Positions 1-14,100 of a stretch of DNA of 64,000 bases are shown in pieces (position 1 is the first letter of the stretch; each line of letters starts with the position of its first letter). Where the stretch lies: the NCBI RefSeq assembly GCF_004010195.1, contig NC_057749.1, positions 21,070,854 to 21,134,853 on the forward strand, read 5' to 3'. This stretch comes from Chiloscyllium plagiosum. Its lineage: Eukaryota. The notes beneath the pieces were generated by a model. The model did no database searches, was not told where the DNA came from, and saw nothing but the letters and a program-made list of their open reading frames with translations. The position numbers were made by a program, and so were the translations under genes.

Positions 1-325
1 ACATCGACCCCACCACCCCACCCCAGCACCACCTGAGCCATCCCCACCTCCCACCGCCCCACCCCACCAACACCACCTACTCTGCCCCCCAACACACCCA
101 ACAGGGACCTGCAGAATCCCTAGAATAGGAGAATTCCCAACTTTCGGACTCAGAGTCAAGAGTGCATTCCCTATGGAGACACAACTGATACCCGACATTT
201 ACTGTCTGCCAGCACTGACTTCTGAAACTAATATGGATTCAGTCAAGCAGCAAAGACCTAACAGATACCTTAACGCTGACCATCATGCTGCTCATTACTG
301 AATGATTGGATGGACCAAGCAAATT

Positions 326-660
326 ATAGAGTCACGGCAGGTCATTTGGTCCATTCAGTCCACACCAACCCTCCAAAGAGCAGCCCATACAGACCCAAAC
401 TCCCTACCCTATCTCTGTAAACCTGCACCCTCCATGGCTAACTCAGCTAGCCTGCACATCCTTGAACACTACGGGCAATTTAGCACAGCCAATTCACCTG
501 ACCTGCACATCTTTGGACTGTGGGAGGAAACCGGAGCACCAGGAGGAAACCCACACAGACACGGGGAAAATGTGCAGACTCCACACAGACAGTCGCCCAA
601 GACTGGAATTGAACCTGTTTCCCTGGCATTATGAGGCAGCAGTGCTAACCCACCGTGCTG
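326..660 (-). mobile_element. HE1-type tRNA-derived V-SINE
   Basis: Reverse complement of GGCAGCACGGTGG...GTTAGCACTGCTGCCTCA...GTGGGTTTCCTCC.GGTGCTCCGGTTTCCTCCCACAGTCCAAAGATGTGCAGG with a LINE-derived tail. Confidence 0.9.
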
Positions 661-1029
661 CCAATGCATCGATCAAGTTCTGCTGACCAGTTTGAGGCCA
701 TTCTTATAAATGGTGGATTCTAGAATCTCAATCTCCTGCAAGAGTGCAAGGGAACAGTGTCCTGCAAGCCACTGTAATCTTGCTTTAGCAAGACACAGGT
801 AGTAAAATGTAACTTAAAATGTGGAATTGTGCTGAAATGCAATTGGACGGCGACAGAATCTTGTTCAGACTGAGCTGCAGCATCGATGGCCCTTTCTTCT
901 GGAAAACCCTACGGCTCCTCTACTGCCTACTCTCAATACCAAGCCTTCCAGGACAAAATCCCATCAACAGTTCATTGCTGTGCCACGTTTGCTCCCAGAC
1001 AAGGAGGGGATTAGACCAATGGGCTTCTC

Positions 1030-1480
1030 TATTAGAGTCATAGAGATGTAAAGCACGAAAACAGACCCTTTGGTCCAACTCGTCCATGCCGACCAGATAT
1101 CCCAACCTATTTTAGTCCCATCTGCCAGCACTTGGCCAATATCCCTCTAAACCCTTCCGACTCATATACCCATCCTGATGCCTATTAAGTGTTGTAATTG
1201 TACCAGCCTCCATCACTTCCTCTGGCAGCTCATTCCACACACGTACCACCCTCCAGTGAAAATATTGCCCTTAGATCTCTTTTATATCTTTCCCCTCTCA
1301 CCCTAAACCTATGCCCTCTAGTTCTGGACTCCCCCACCCCAGGGTAAAGACTTTGTCTATTTACCCTATCCATGCCCCTCATGATTTTATAAACCTCTAT
1401 AAAGTCACCCCTCAGCCTCTGATGCTTCAAGGAAAACAGCCCCAGCCTATTCAACCTCTCCCTGTAGCTCAGATCCTCCA
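1030..1480 (-). mobile_element. CR1/HER1 LINE 3' fragment
   Basis: [36 protein letters not shown]-terminal ORF2 motif plus 3'UTR tail. Confidence 0.9.
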
Positions 1481-2154
1481 CTATTGCTGAAGGAAAGATC
1501 GTGTTACTGATTTCTTTTTGCCCAGCACCCATCAGGACAAGTACAAGAATGCCAAAATTCAAACAATTATACTGTAGGAGAAAGGGGTGTTGTTTGGTTG
1601 GCAAGCTGACTCTGATTGGCCAAAGCATTACCATTGAGAAAGCTATCGATTCCTCAAGCTCTGGCAACATGTCTCTCTTCTCAGGAACAGTCAAGGTCTG
1701 TATCACTGAACATACCCTTCTTGTAAATCCATTAAATTACAAGAACAGGGAACGTAATGGGGGATAAAGGAAGAAAGGGGTGAGGCTCCAGAATGAACAA
1801 AAGCATGAAGTGCTGGAGAAACTCAGCAGGTCTGGCAGCAACTGGCAGCTTCTTCCTGCTGAATATGTTCAGCAATTCCTATCTCTGTTTCAGATCTCCA
1901 TCATCCAAAATTTTTGCTTTCTTGTGGCTCAGATGCACCACAAAGTCCCGTAAAGATCTACTTGGCCGAATACTCGATAGTGGGTAACTGAGACAGCTTA
2001 CAAAACACATACTTGAATGTCTGCGACATGATTTCTTGTTTGAGTTATAGTGGCTGCTGATAGAAATGTCACATCCTGATCCATTTTATGTGGATTTGAT
2101 ACATTGGAAAACCCAAAAGTCACCTGCAATTAACTAAAGCTAGTGTTGACATAC

Positions 2155-2181
2155 CACATAGTCTCACTTCTTGAGGTGCAT
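2155..2181 (-). CDS. malt3: Paracaspase linker micro-exon (DAPQEVRLC), expected to precede the caspase-domain exon
   Basis: tttttttccctttcag| acceptor and G|gtatgt donor; 27 nt, symmetric phase 1-1, open frame. Confidence 0.65.
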
Positions 2182-5100
2182 CTGAAAGGGAAAAAAACGA
2201 TGGAGAACGTGTAAGAGCAAAATGAAAGATCATGTCCTTTGTTTTTAATAAAACATAAGGACCGTTGAGAGTACATTCATAGAATCCCAGTTCAGCCGTT
2301 CAGTCCATTGACTCTGTAACAACTATCCCACCCAGACCTGCTCCCCCTACCCTATCCCTGTCACCCCACATTTCCCATGGATAATCCACCTAGCCTGCAC
2401 ACCCCTGAACACTATGGGCAATTTAGCATGGCCAATCCACCTAACCGGCACATGTTTGGACTGTGGGAGGAAACCGGAGCACCCAGAGCAAACCCACACA
2501 GACATGGGGAGAATATGCAAACTCCACACAGACACTCGTCTGAGTGCTGGAATTGAACCCAGGTCCCTGGCGCTGTGAGGCATCAGTGCTAACCACTGAG
2601 CCACCGTGCTGCTCATGCCAAAGGTAAAAGTTTGATTATCATTTCACTGAACGGCACAGCAGACTTCAGTCCTTTTCCTGCCCATACTTCCGACATTCTT
2701 CAACCCTTTTCTGGGAAGCAAGGATACTGGCTGACCTCAAAGTCGAGAGTGTGGTGCTGGAAAAGCACAGCAGACTAAGCAGCATCCGAGAAGCAGGAGA
2801 CACGACCGTTTCAGGCATAAGCTCTTCATCAGGATGCCCAAAACGTCGACTCTCCTGCTCCTCGGATGCTGCCTGACCTGCTGTGCTTTTCCAGCACCAC
2901 ACTCTCGACTCTGAGCTCCAGCATCTGCAGTCCTCACTGTCTCCTGGCTGGCCTCAAAGTCAACACAACATACATCGAATAGGATAGCAACTATTTCTGG
3001 AGTTACAGTCCATTGTGAGTAACATGGATGGAAGAAATAATGACCTTCCAAACCCATGATCACTATCATCTAGGAGGACAAGGGCCTCAAATCCATGGGA
3101 ACACCATCACCTCCAAATTCCTCTCCAAGGCACTCATCATCCCAAGTTGGCAATATAATCACCATTCCTTCAGTCACACTGAGTCAAAATCCTGGAATCC
3201 CCTCATTAATGGAGCTATCCCTACTTCACACAGATGAGCAGTTCAATAAGGCAGCTCATCACCAACTACTCAAGAGTAACTAGGGATGGGTAATAAGTGC
3301 TGGTCCAACCAGCGACACCCACAGCCCTAAATGGATGTAAAAATACAGAAAGTCTGACACCAGAACGATACTGATTTGTCAGTCACTTTTGGAGGGAAGG
3401 TTTGGGTTTACAGAGTGAATTGGACACTCAATTTGAATATATAATACCCAGGGGAGAGTTCAGATATTATCACACTTGCTAAATTTTGCGTGTACAATGA
3501 AGCAGTGGAGAAGGTTGTCTTTTCAATCATAAATGGATCAACGCTTAATAAATTTAAATAACGCACTTTCATAATGAATGGATAGGCCTTTAGGCAGGGG
3601 GTTTGTATCTGGAAATTGCTCTTTGCAGTTCAGGGGTTGGGCGTTTTCTCTACTGCTCCTGACAGGTTTTAGAAGGAGCAGTTTCTTGCTTCACTCTCAC
3701 ACAAACAAGCTCACGGTGTTCCGAGCACTCTCAGGCCTACCTGGCTTCCGGCAGATGGACGGCAACGTTGCTGTTACTTTCCTTTCTCCAGAGCCTGGAA
3801 ATCAATCATAACTCGTTATTTTGTTGGTGATAAGGTAGTAGAACCAGCCCAGACCTTTAACCAAACCTTGGCAAAATACCACCCCCTCCACAGTGAGCCT
3901 GCAAGATCCTCAGCATGTTGAAAATTATGGGCAATTGAGTTGCAGAATTTAGGATAATATCAAAGGGGACAATGAGATACATTCATAGAGAGACACAGCA
4001 TGGGAACAGGCCCTTCGGTCCATTTCGCCCATACGGACCAAGTTTCCCAAACTAAACTAGTCCCATTTGTCTGCGGTTGGCCCAACCTTTCCTATTCATG
4101 TCCCTCTCCAAATGTCTTTTAAAAGTTGTAACTGTACCTGCATCTACCACCTCCTCTGGCATACACCAACCACTCTCTGGGCCTGTTTTAAACCTTTCTG
4201 CTCTCACCTTAATAATATGCTCCGTAGATTTGAACTCCGCCCACCCTAGGGAAAAGACTCTTGCTATTCAGCCTGTCTGGACCCCTCGTGATTTTATAAA
4301 CCTCTCTAAGGTCACCCCTCAGCCTCCTACACTCCAGTGAAGAAAGCCTCCGCCTATCCCCTATCCCCATACCTCAACCCCTCCATTCCTGGTACCATCC
4401 CGTAAATCTATAACACCGTTCCTTCAGTGTTGCTGGTCAAAATCCTGGGACTCCCACCCTTACATCACTGCAGAACAACCTACACCCCAGGGCACTGCAG
4501 GGGTTCAAGAAGAAAGCTCAAGCCAAGGGCAACTAGGGACGGCCAAGAGATGCTGGCCCAGCCGGTGATACCCTATCCTGTGAACAAATGGATAGTGAAT
4601 AAAACAAAACTGGATGTTTCTCCTCTTAAAAATCAGTTGAGGTTTGGGGTTAAATGGAAATTTCAAATCTGTCACTGATTGCTTTGATAGGACCATTAAA
4701 GGTTAACAGACCAGGTTGACCAGTCGGATTGACCAGCCATTAGCGAACTGAGATGTGGCGCAGGTTCAAGGGGCTGGGGTCCTTTCCCAGGTACCATTAG
4801 ATACAATTCCAGTCCAGACTGTGAGGGCGGCAGTATCTTTCAGTGGATGTAAGAATCCTGTGTGAAGCGAGCCTGAAACGTGCCTGTTCCATCCAGACCA
4901 AAGCGAAATTAACTCAGCACAAGGGACTAAAGGACTCTTGGGTTTGGCAACGGAACAGATTAGGCAGTCAATGAACTGGACCACACCAGTGGTCTGGTTT
5001 CAGATGGAAGTACCCAGACACAGTCTTCAAAACATTACTTTCTGAAAACTTACTGAAAATGCTCAAAGAAAGCATTATTCTTACCTGCCACTCTGAGAGG

Positions 5101-8100
5101 AGGCAATGATACAGCGATAGGAATGATTTCAACTGTAAGAGAGAAAGAGAAGCAATTTAATTTTTTAAAAAGTTGGAATGACTCACAGCTGTGTCCAGAA
5201 TAGGAATCTCAGATAACGCATTGGTCACAGGACAGAACTGACCAGGCTACAAGAAGGGTAACCGTTTTGGGTCACACACATCCAAAACAAAGCAGCCATT
5301 GGCTCAGTGTCCTATCCACCCCATTCAGCATTCCCTGCCTTCACCCTGCCGCACAGTGTGTACAACAACAAGATGCACTGTAATGCTACACCTGGATTCC
5401 TGTCACAGCACCTTCCAAACCTCCGACCTTACCTCACAGACAGACAAAGGCAGCAAGTGCATAGGAACACCACTAGCGTCTGCACCGAGTTACACAGTAT
5501 CCCTCACTTGGACTTTTAACACGATCTCTCCATTTTCACTGGGTCTGACGCTAACATCAGCTGTGGGAATCCCTTCAACACATGAACTACCATGGGCCAG
5601 GGCAGTGAGTCAGTGTGCGCATGTGCGTGAGAGTGAGAGTGAGTGTGCACATGTGAGTGAGTGCAAGAGTGTGAGTGTGAGTGAGATACCCTTCAGTCTT
5701 GGGTGTGGTTTAACCTAAAATTGTGACATGAGCTCTGCTTATAACCAGTCTCACCTAAGATTCTGTGCTCCAGCCCACACTGTACAAACTACACCCCCTT
5801 GTCTCCTAGATTTTTCTTTCACTGTGGGACGTGGGCAACGCTGGCTGGTCCAGCATTTATTGCCCATCCTAGTTGCCTTTGATCTGCCTTCTTGAACCAA
5901 TGCTGTCCATGTGCTGTAGATAAACCCACAATATCGCTAGGACTTTGACCCAGTGACAGTGAAGCATGGCGATATATTTCCAAGTCAGGATGGTGAGTGG
6001 CCTGGAAAGGAACTTGCAGGGGATGGTATTCCCATTGATCTGCTGCCCTTATCCTTTCAGATGGCAGTGGTCCTGGGTTTGGAAAGTGCTAAGGAGCCTT
6101 GGCAAGCTGCTGCAATATTTTTAAGACAGAGGTGTATAAGTTCTGGTTGAACAAGAGAGTGAAAAGTTAGCGAGTTTGGAGAAGATTTGTAGCTCAGGTT
6201 ATGGTTCTGGATATAAGCTTGTTCGCTGAGCTGGAAGGTTTATTTTCAGACTTTGGAATGCCATACTTCTAGGAATTCTCGTGCGTGTCTCTGTTTGGCT
6301 TGTCCTAGGATGGATGCGTTGTCCCAGTCGAAGTGGTGCATTCCTCATCTATTTTTGAGGGTACTAGTGAGAGTGGGTCATGTCTTTTTGTGGCTAGTTG
6401 ATGTTCATGTATCCTCATGGCTAGTTTTCTACCTGTTTGTCCAAGGTAGTGTTTGTTACAGTTCTTGCAACATATTTTGCAAATGACGGTTGTTTTGCTT
6501 GTTGTCTGGATGTGGTCTTTTAAGTTCATTACCTACTGTTTTAGTGTTTTTGGCATTCAAACTGGAACTCTATCAACAAACACATCAGCTTGGACCCCAT
6601 TTACCACCCTCAGAGAAAAAACAGGAAATGACATCACCAACCCAAGGAAACCTAAACATATCAATAGAAAACGGGCTACACCACCAGTGCTTCATCCGGA
6701 AGCTCACTGAAGATGTTACCTATTAGGGTGCCGAAACGTCTGTAAACGAACCTTCCAGCTCAGCAAGCAAACTTACATCCGGGGGTGAAAGGTCATCAGG
6801 AGCAGGCAGGAATGAGGATTTGAGATTTCAAACAGATCGGCCACGATTGCATTGAGTTGCATTTGAAAGGCCAAATGGCCTTCTCCTGACCCAAATTTGT
6901 ATTAATAAGTGTGGGGATATAAAATTAAAACATCACAAATATCACTTCAGTTCCAACCCTCACTGTCATCCTAGCTTATCGCAGTTATGTCTTTCATTTT
7001 AATGTGAACACAATATTTCTCTTGCTCCAAAGTAGGGTCAAGGGAAAATAGGAGCGTTATGGAGTTAGCAGGAGATAATCTTATTAAGTGCTGTTGATCA
7101 GCTAATGGGAAAAGGCCCAATAGGATGTTAAGGTGGAAACATACCAGGATTGAATTTCAGAAAGCATGGCCTTTGATAACTGATATTTACAGACATCTCA
7201 CCAATGTGTGGGTGAATACAATAAGCTGCAGATGCCTTTTTGGGCGAAGCTACTGAAGAGGTCTTACCAATGCCCTGTACAACCTCCACATGACATTCCA
7301 ACTCTTATACTCAATGGTCTGAGCAATGAAGGCTAATGTGCTAAACACCTTCCTAACCAACCATCTATCTGGGATACAATCTTCAAAGAACCATGTACTT
7401 GAACCTCTAGGTCTATCTGTTCGACAGCAATATATCCAGGGCCTTACCATTAACTCGTGTGAGTCCTGCCCTCGGTTGTTTTACCAAAATGCAACACCCT
7501 ACATTTATCCAAATTAAACTCTACCTACTATTTTCAGGCCATTAGCCTAATTGATCACAATCCCTTTGTAATCTTTGATAACATTCTTCACTGTGGACTG
7601 TACCACCAACTTGGGCCTCATCCACAAACTCACTAACCATGCTACCGAAATTATCATCCAAATTCCTCTGGTTAGAATGTCCAGGACAAGGCTAAAATTA
7701 GAACCACACTACTCTGGTGACATCAGACAATGCTCCCTCAGCTCAAGGGTAATGGAAAAGGTCCACTTCCTTTGAGAAGGACAAGGGCGGCAGACCGATG
7801 GGAACGTCAGGAGAGGGGATTTATTGATAAGGTTAGATGATGCGATGTGGGTCATACTTCGCTTGGAGCAGCGGAATGGCTCGTTTCTGTGCCCCATGGA
7901 ATTCTGGGTGGGTCTCTGATGCGCAATGCTGTGCCAGTATTTACCTACACTCAGGTCAGCAGCAGAGCTCCAGCACTCTCCTTGGTCATTGCTGACCGCA
8001 CACAGGTACGTCCCGTAGTGTCTCATCTCGACCGTGGCTATCTAGGCAGAGAGAAAATGAAATGTACCTTCATTAAACAACTTAGTGTGGCCACATTGTG

Positions 8101-11100
8101 TTTGTGCTACGATACCTTTGAGCAACTTCTTTCTAATAATGAGAAGATGACCCCAAAAATGGCACAGGACATGGTACCGTAGGCCTCACCAGCCACTCAG
8201 TTCGAGAGCATTTAGGGACATGCCCACAAATACAAGCCTTGTTACCAACAAATACATCCCATGGAGAAGAAATATAAAAGGAGACCACAACTGAGCAGAA
8301 CACCTTGGGAAGGGTGTATCGGCCTCGGAAGGCTGGAAGGGTACCTGCACTCCAAGGATTAAACGATAAGGAGACAATATATGAACTCAGAGTTCATGCT
8401 GTGGAATGCAGAAGAGCTAAGAAGAGCCAGGAGGAGACATGAGAAGTTGTTGGCGGAGAAGATCAGGGAAAATCCTAAAGCTTTCTATAAGTATATAAGG
8501 GATAAAAGAAGGACTGGAGTAAGATTAGGGCCAATGAAGGACAGTCGTGGGAAGGTGTGCGTGGAGTTTGAGGAGATAGGGAAAGCACTAAATGAATATT
8601 TGTCGTCAGTATTCACACTGGAAAAAGACAATGTTGTCGAGAAGAATACTGAGAAACAGGCTACGAGCCTCGATCGGATTAAGGTTCACAAGGAGGAGGG
8701 GTTAGAAATTCTGGAAAGAGTGAAAATTGGCTAAGTCCTCCAGGCTGGATGGGATTTATCCTAGGATTCTCTGGGAAGCCAGGGTGGAGATTACAGAGCC
8801 TTTGGATTTGATATTTATGTCGTCATTGTCTACAGGAATAGTACCAGAAGACTGGAGGAGAGCAAATGTTGTTCCCGTGTTCAAACAGGGGATTAGAGAC
8901 AATCCTGGTAAATTATAGACCAGTGAGCCTTACTTTGGTTGTGGCTAAAGTGTAGGAAAAGGTTATAAGAGATAGGATTTATAATCATCTGGAGAGGAAT
9001 AAGTTGATTAGGGATAGTTAACACGGTTTTGTGAAGGGTAGGTCGTGCCTCACAAATCTTATTGAGTTCTTTGGAAAGGTGTCCAAAAAGGTGGATGAGG
9101 GTAAAGCAGTTGATCTGGTGTATATAGACTTCAGTAAGGTGTTTGATAAGGTTCCCCACGGTAGGCTATTGCACAAAATACGGAGGCAAGGGATTGAGAG
9201 TGATTCAGCGGTTTGGATCAGACATTGGCTAGCTGAAAGAAGACAAAGGGTTGTGGCTGATGGGAAATGTTCATCCTGGAGCTCAGTTACTAGTGGTGTA
9301 CCGCAAGGATCTGTTTTGGGGCCACTGCTGTTTGTCATATTTATAAATGACCTGAATGAAGGTGTAGAAGGATGGATTAGTAAATTTGCAGATGACACTA
9401 AGGTCAGTGGAGTTGTGCATAGTGCCGAAGGGTGTTGTAGGTTACAGAGGGATATAGATAAGCTGCAGAGCTGGGCTGAGAGGTGGCAAATGGAGTTAAT
9501 GCAGAAAAGTGTGAGGTGATTCATTTTGGAAGGAGTAACAGGAATGCAGAGATCTGGGCGGATGGTTAAGATTCTTGCTAGTGTAGATGAACAGAGAGAT
9601 CTCAGTATCCATGTATATAGATCTCTCAAAGTTGCCACACAGATTGATAGGGTTGTTAACAAGGCATATGGTGTGTTAGCTTTTATTAACAGAGGGATTG
9701 AGTTTCAGAGCCATGAGGTTATGCTGCAGCTGTACAAAACTCTGATGCGACCGCACTTGGAGTATTGTGTACAGTTCTGGTCACTGCATTAAAGGAAGGA
9801 TGTGGAAGCTTTGGAAAGGTCCAGAGGAGATTTACTAGGATGTTGCCTGGTATGGAGGGAAGGTCTTATGAGGAAAGGCTGAAGGAACTGAGGTTGTTTT
9901 CGTTAGACAGAAGTAAGTTGAGAGACGACTTAATTGAGACATATAAGATAATCAGAGAGTTAAATCGGGTGGACAGGGAGAGTCTTTTTCCTCAGATGGT
10001 GATGGCTAGCACAAGTGGACATAGCTTTAAATTGAGGGGTGATAGATATAGGACAGATGTTAGAGATAGTTTTGTTACTCAGAGAGTAGTAGGGGCATGG
10101 AATGCATTGCCTGGAAGTTGTAGACTCGCCAACTTTATGGGCATTTAAATGATCATTGGATAGACATATGGATGATAATGGAATAGAGTAGGTTAGATGG
10201 GCTTCAGATTGGTTCCATAGGTCGGCGCAACATCAAGGGCTGAAGGGCCTGTACTGCGCTGGAATGTTCTATTGTTGTATCCAGCAATGGCTTGATGAGA
10301 GCATTCAAGAATTAAGAGGGAAAGAAAGGCAGACTAGGAACACCCATTTCTTCTGGTTGGGGAGTCTAGAAATGATTGCTGTAGCCTCAAAATTAACGCA
10401 AGACTTCTCAGGAGCAAAGTTGCGAAACAGACGTCCATGCAAAGTAGTGAAATAATTTTTGCATGTGATAGTTTTAATGATCTGTCTAATTACACAAGCA
10501 TTAGTAGTCTCATCTCAACCTACAAAAGTATTCATTTGAAACGACACGGCTGTAAAAAATTGGGGTTCTTATCCTAAGGCAGGGTTCTAGGTGAATTGTA
10601 GAACAGAATCGAATGACTTTCACTGTGTGGCTGAAAGCTCCACACTTGCCTTCGTTCATCAGAGCATTGAGTATAGGAGTTCAGAGGTCATGTTGTGGTT
10701 GTTCAGGACTTTGGTGAGGCCTCTGTTAGAATATTGCTTACAACAGTAAAACAGAAAGGATGTTGTTAAACTAGAGAGGGTGCAGAAAAGATTTACAATG
10801 ATGTTGCCATGACTGGTGGGGTTGAGCTACAGGGAGAGGCTAAATAGCCTGGGGCTGTTTTCCCTAGAGCGTCAGAGGCTGAGGGATGACCTTATAGAGG
10901 TTTATAAAATCACAAGCACATGGCCAAGGTGAATAGCCAAATTTCCGAGAGTGGGGGGAAAACTATCTGGTATAGCTATAAGGGGAGAGGCGAAAGATAT
11001 AAAAAGGACCTAAGGGGTAACTTTTCCATGCAGAGGGTGGTGTGTGTATGGAATGAGCTGCCAAAAGAAGTGGTGGAGACTGGTACAATTAAAAGCATCT

Positions 11101-14100
11101 GGATGGGTACATGAATAGGAAGGATTTAGAGGGATATGGGCCAAGTGCTGGCAATTGGGAGCAGCCCAGACTGAGATGTCTGGTCGGTGCAGACAAGTTG
11201 GACTGAAGGGTCTATTTCCCATGCTGTATAACTCTAAAGGGTGGCAGAAGGTTAACATTCTCTTCTTTCATTGGCAACAGATGCTAGAAGAATTACACAT
11301 TTTAAATTTGAGGTTAACCAGCACTTTATGGAAAGGTTTTCAGGGATAGGCTTTTCGAGATATTGGGTGAATGGAGTTACATTGTGGATCAGCCATGATC
11401 TCACTGATTGGTCTAACCAGGCTTGAGGGGTCAAATGGCTTTGTGCCTGTGTCTTCCAACACTGAACCATCAGCCAATTCCATACTAGGCAGAAGTGGCT
11501 ACTGTTTTTGACAAAGGACTTTTGCCCGAAACGTCGATTTCCCTGCTCCTCGGATGCTGCCTGACCTGCTGTGCTTCTCCAGCACCACTCTATCTTGAGC
11601 CAATTCCATACCGCCTTTCTGAGTGGGAATTCAGTAATCTGGAGTTCGTTCAACATTTAACAATAGTGCAAAACACGCAAAATCGGATTGTTGCCCATTA
11701 TGTGTACCTGTCTATTTACAATCATCCACAGTTCAACTTACTGTCCTCATTGAAACAATGTCCCAACATTCACAGGTCGCACAATGTCCAGAACTGTAAC
11801 AGTGATCAAATTAATCTCACACCCTTCAGCCTCCTACACCAATCAAATAATCATTGATCATTACAGCGACAGACAAAACACACACTCAGGCTCCTTGTAC
11901 AACTGCATTCAGACCAATAGTAATTTGTTCCGTCCACTGATTGTTTGGAGACACAGATCTGTTAACTTACCGCCAACTCCCCTTCAGTTTGGTGAGGTAA
12001 CGGGATGCCATTTTTGTACCACTGGTATTTTGGAGCAGGAATTCCGAAAGCAACACACCTCAAGGACACCCTCTGACCAACTTTGACCCTCAGAGATTCA
12101 GGCTGTAGTCCAATCACTGGCTCCCCCTTCCACCTGTGAGGTAACTCTGCGATTAAAGTCAACAAATACTCGTAAGAAAAGCAAAATACCTTGAGTGCAG
12201 ATTAAACGCGGAGCGTATGGAGTTGCTGCCTGAAGAGTGAATCTGTCCTTTAGTTTCCGAAGAACAATGGAACGACAACGTACTGCAAGATGTAGCGGGA
12301 AGAGAAAAGGATTCTGGTACCAGGCTGGAGTACTTAAACAATAGCATCAAGGCAGGACAATCTGAAAAGGAGTTACCCTGAGCTATCTTCACACGGACAT
12401 ATACACGTAAGAAGCAGGAGCAGGAGTTGGAATATTGTGTGCATTACTGGTCTCCCTCCGACAGGAAGGATGTTGTGAAACCTGAAGAGGGTCAGAAAAG
12501 ATTTACAAGGATATTGCTGGGGTTAGAAGGTTTGAGCTACAGGGAGACACTGAATGGGCTGGGGCTGTTTTCCCTGGAAGGTCGTAGGCTGAGGGGTGAT
12601 CTAATAGAGGATTATAAAATCATGATGTCAATGGATAGGATAAATAGACGAAGTCTTTTCCTTGGGGTGGGGGAGTCCAGAATGAGAGGACATAGGTCTA
12701 GGGTGAAAGGGGAAAATTTTGACAGAGACCTGAGGGGCATGCCCTCTAGTTCTGGACTCCCCAACCCCAAGGAAAAGACTTTGTCTATTTAGGAGAAAGT
12801 GAGGTCTGCAGATGCTGGAGATCAGAGCTGAAAATGTGTTGCTGGAAAAGCGCAGCAGGTCAGGCAGCATCCAGGGAACAGGAGAATCGATGTTTCAGGC
12901 ATAAGCCCTTCTTCAGGAATGAGGAAAGTTTGTCCAGCAGGCTAAGATAAACGGCAGGGAGGAGAGACTTGGGGGAGGGGCGTTGGAAATGCGATAGGTG
13001 GAAAGAGGTCAAGGTGAGGGTGATAGGTCAGACTGGGGTGGGGGCGGAGAGGTCAGGAAGAAGATTGCAGGTTAGGAAGGTGGTGCTGACCTGTCTCCCC
13101 AATATAGCGGAGGCCACATCGGGTGCAGAGGATGCAATAGATGATGTGTGTGGAGGTGCAGGTGAATCTGTGGCGGATATGGAAGTTTCCTTTGGGGCCT
13201 TAGAGGGAGGTGAGGTGGGAGGTGTGGGCGCAAGTCTTGCACCTCCTGCGGTTGCAGGGGAAGGTGCCTGGAGTGGAGGTTGGGTTGGTGGGGGGTGTGG
13301 ATCTGGCGAGGGAGTCACGGAGGGAGTGGTCTTTACGGAATGCTGATGGGGAGGAGAGGGAAATATATCCTTGGTGGTGGAGTCCGTTTGGAGATGGCGG
13401 AAATGACGGCGGATGATGCGCTGTACATGGAGATTGGTGGGGTGGTAGGTGAGGACCAGTGAGGTTCTGTCCTGGTGGCGGTTGGAGGGGTGGGGCTCAA
13501 GGGCGGAGGAGCGGGAAGTGGAAGAGATGCGGTGGAGGGCATCGTCGACCACGTTGGGGGGGAAATTGCGGTCTATGAAGAAGGAGGCCATCTGGGTTGT
13601 ACGTTTTTGGAACTGGTCCTCCTGGGAGCAGATGCGGCGGAGACGAAGTAATTGGGAGAATGGGAGGGCGTTTTTACAGGGGGCAGGGTGAGAGGAGGTG
13701 TAGTCCAGGTAGCTGTGGGAGTCGGTCGGTTTGTAGTAGATGTCCGTGTTGATTCGGTCGCCTGAGATAGAAATAGAAAGGTCGAGGAAGGGGAGGGAGG
13801 AATCTGAGACTGTCCAGGTGAATTTGAGGTCGGGGTGGAAGGTGTTGGTGAAGTGGATGAACTGTTCAACCTCCTCGTGGGAGCACGAGGCGGCGCCGCT
13901 ACAGTCATCAATGTAGCGGAGGAAAAGGTGGGGGGTGGGGCCAGTGTAGTTGCGGAAGATGGACTGCTCCACATATCCTACGAAGAGGCAGGCATAGCTG
14001 GGGCCCATGCGGGTGTCCCAACCTTTCCTCATTCCTGAAGAAGGGCTTATGCCCGAAACGTCAATTCTCCTGTTCCCTGGATGCTGCCTGACCTGCTGCG

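Noticed and set aside
5048..5053. Alternative gtaagt donor extending the 48-nt exon to 79 nt
   Set aside because: It would end in phase 2, incompatible with the downstream phase-1 exon.
9031..9519. Reverse transcriptase ORF as a functional gene
   Set aside because: It is part of a 5'-truncated CR1 with stops and frameshifts on both sides.
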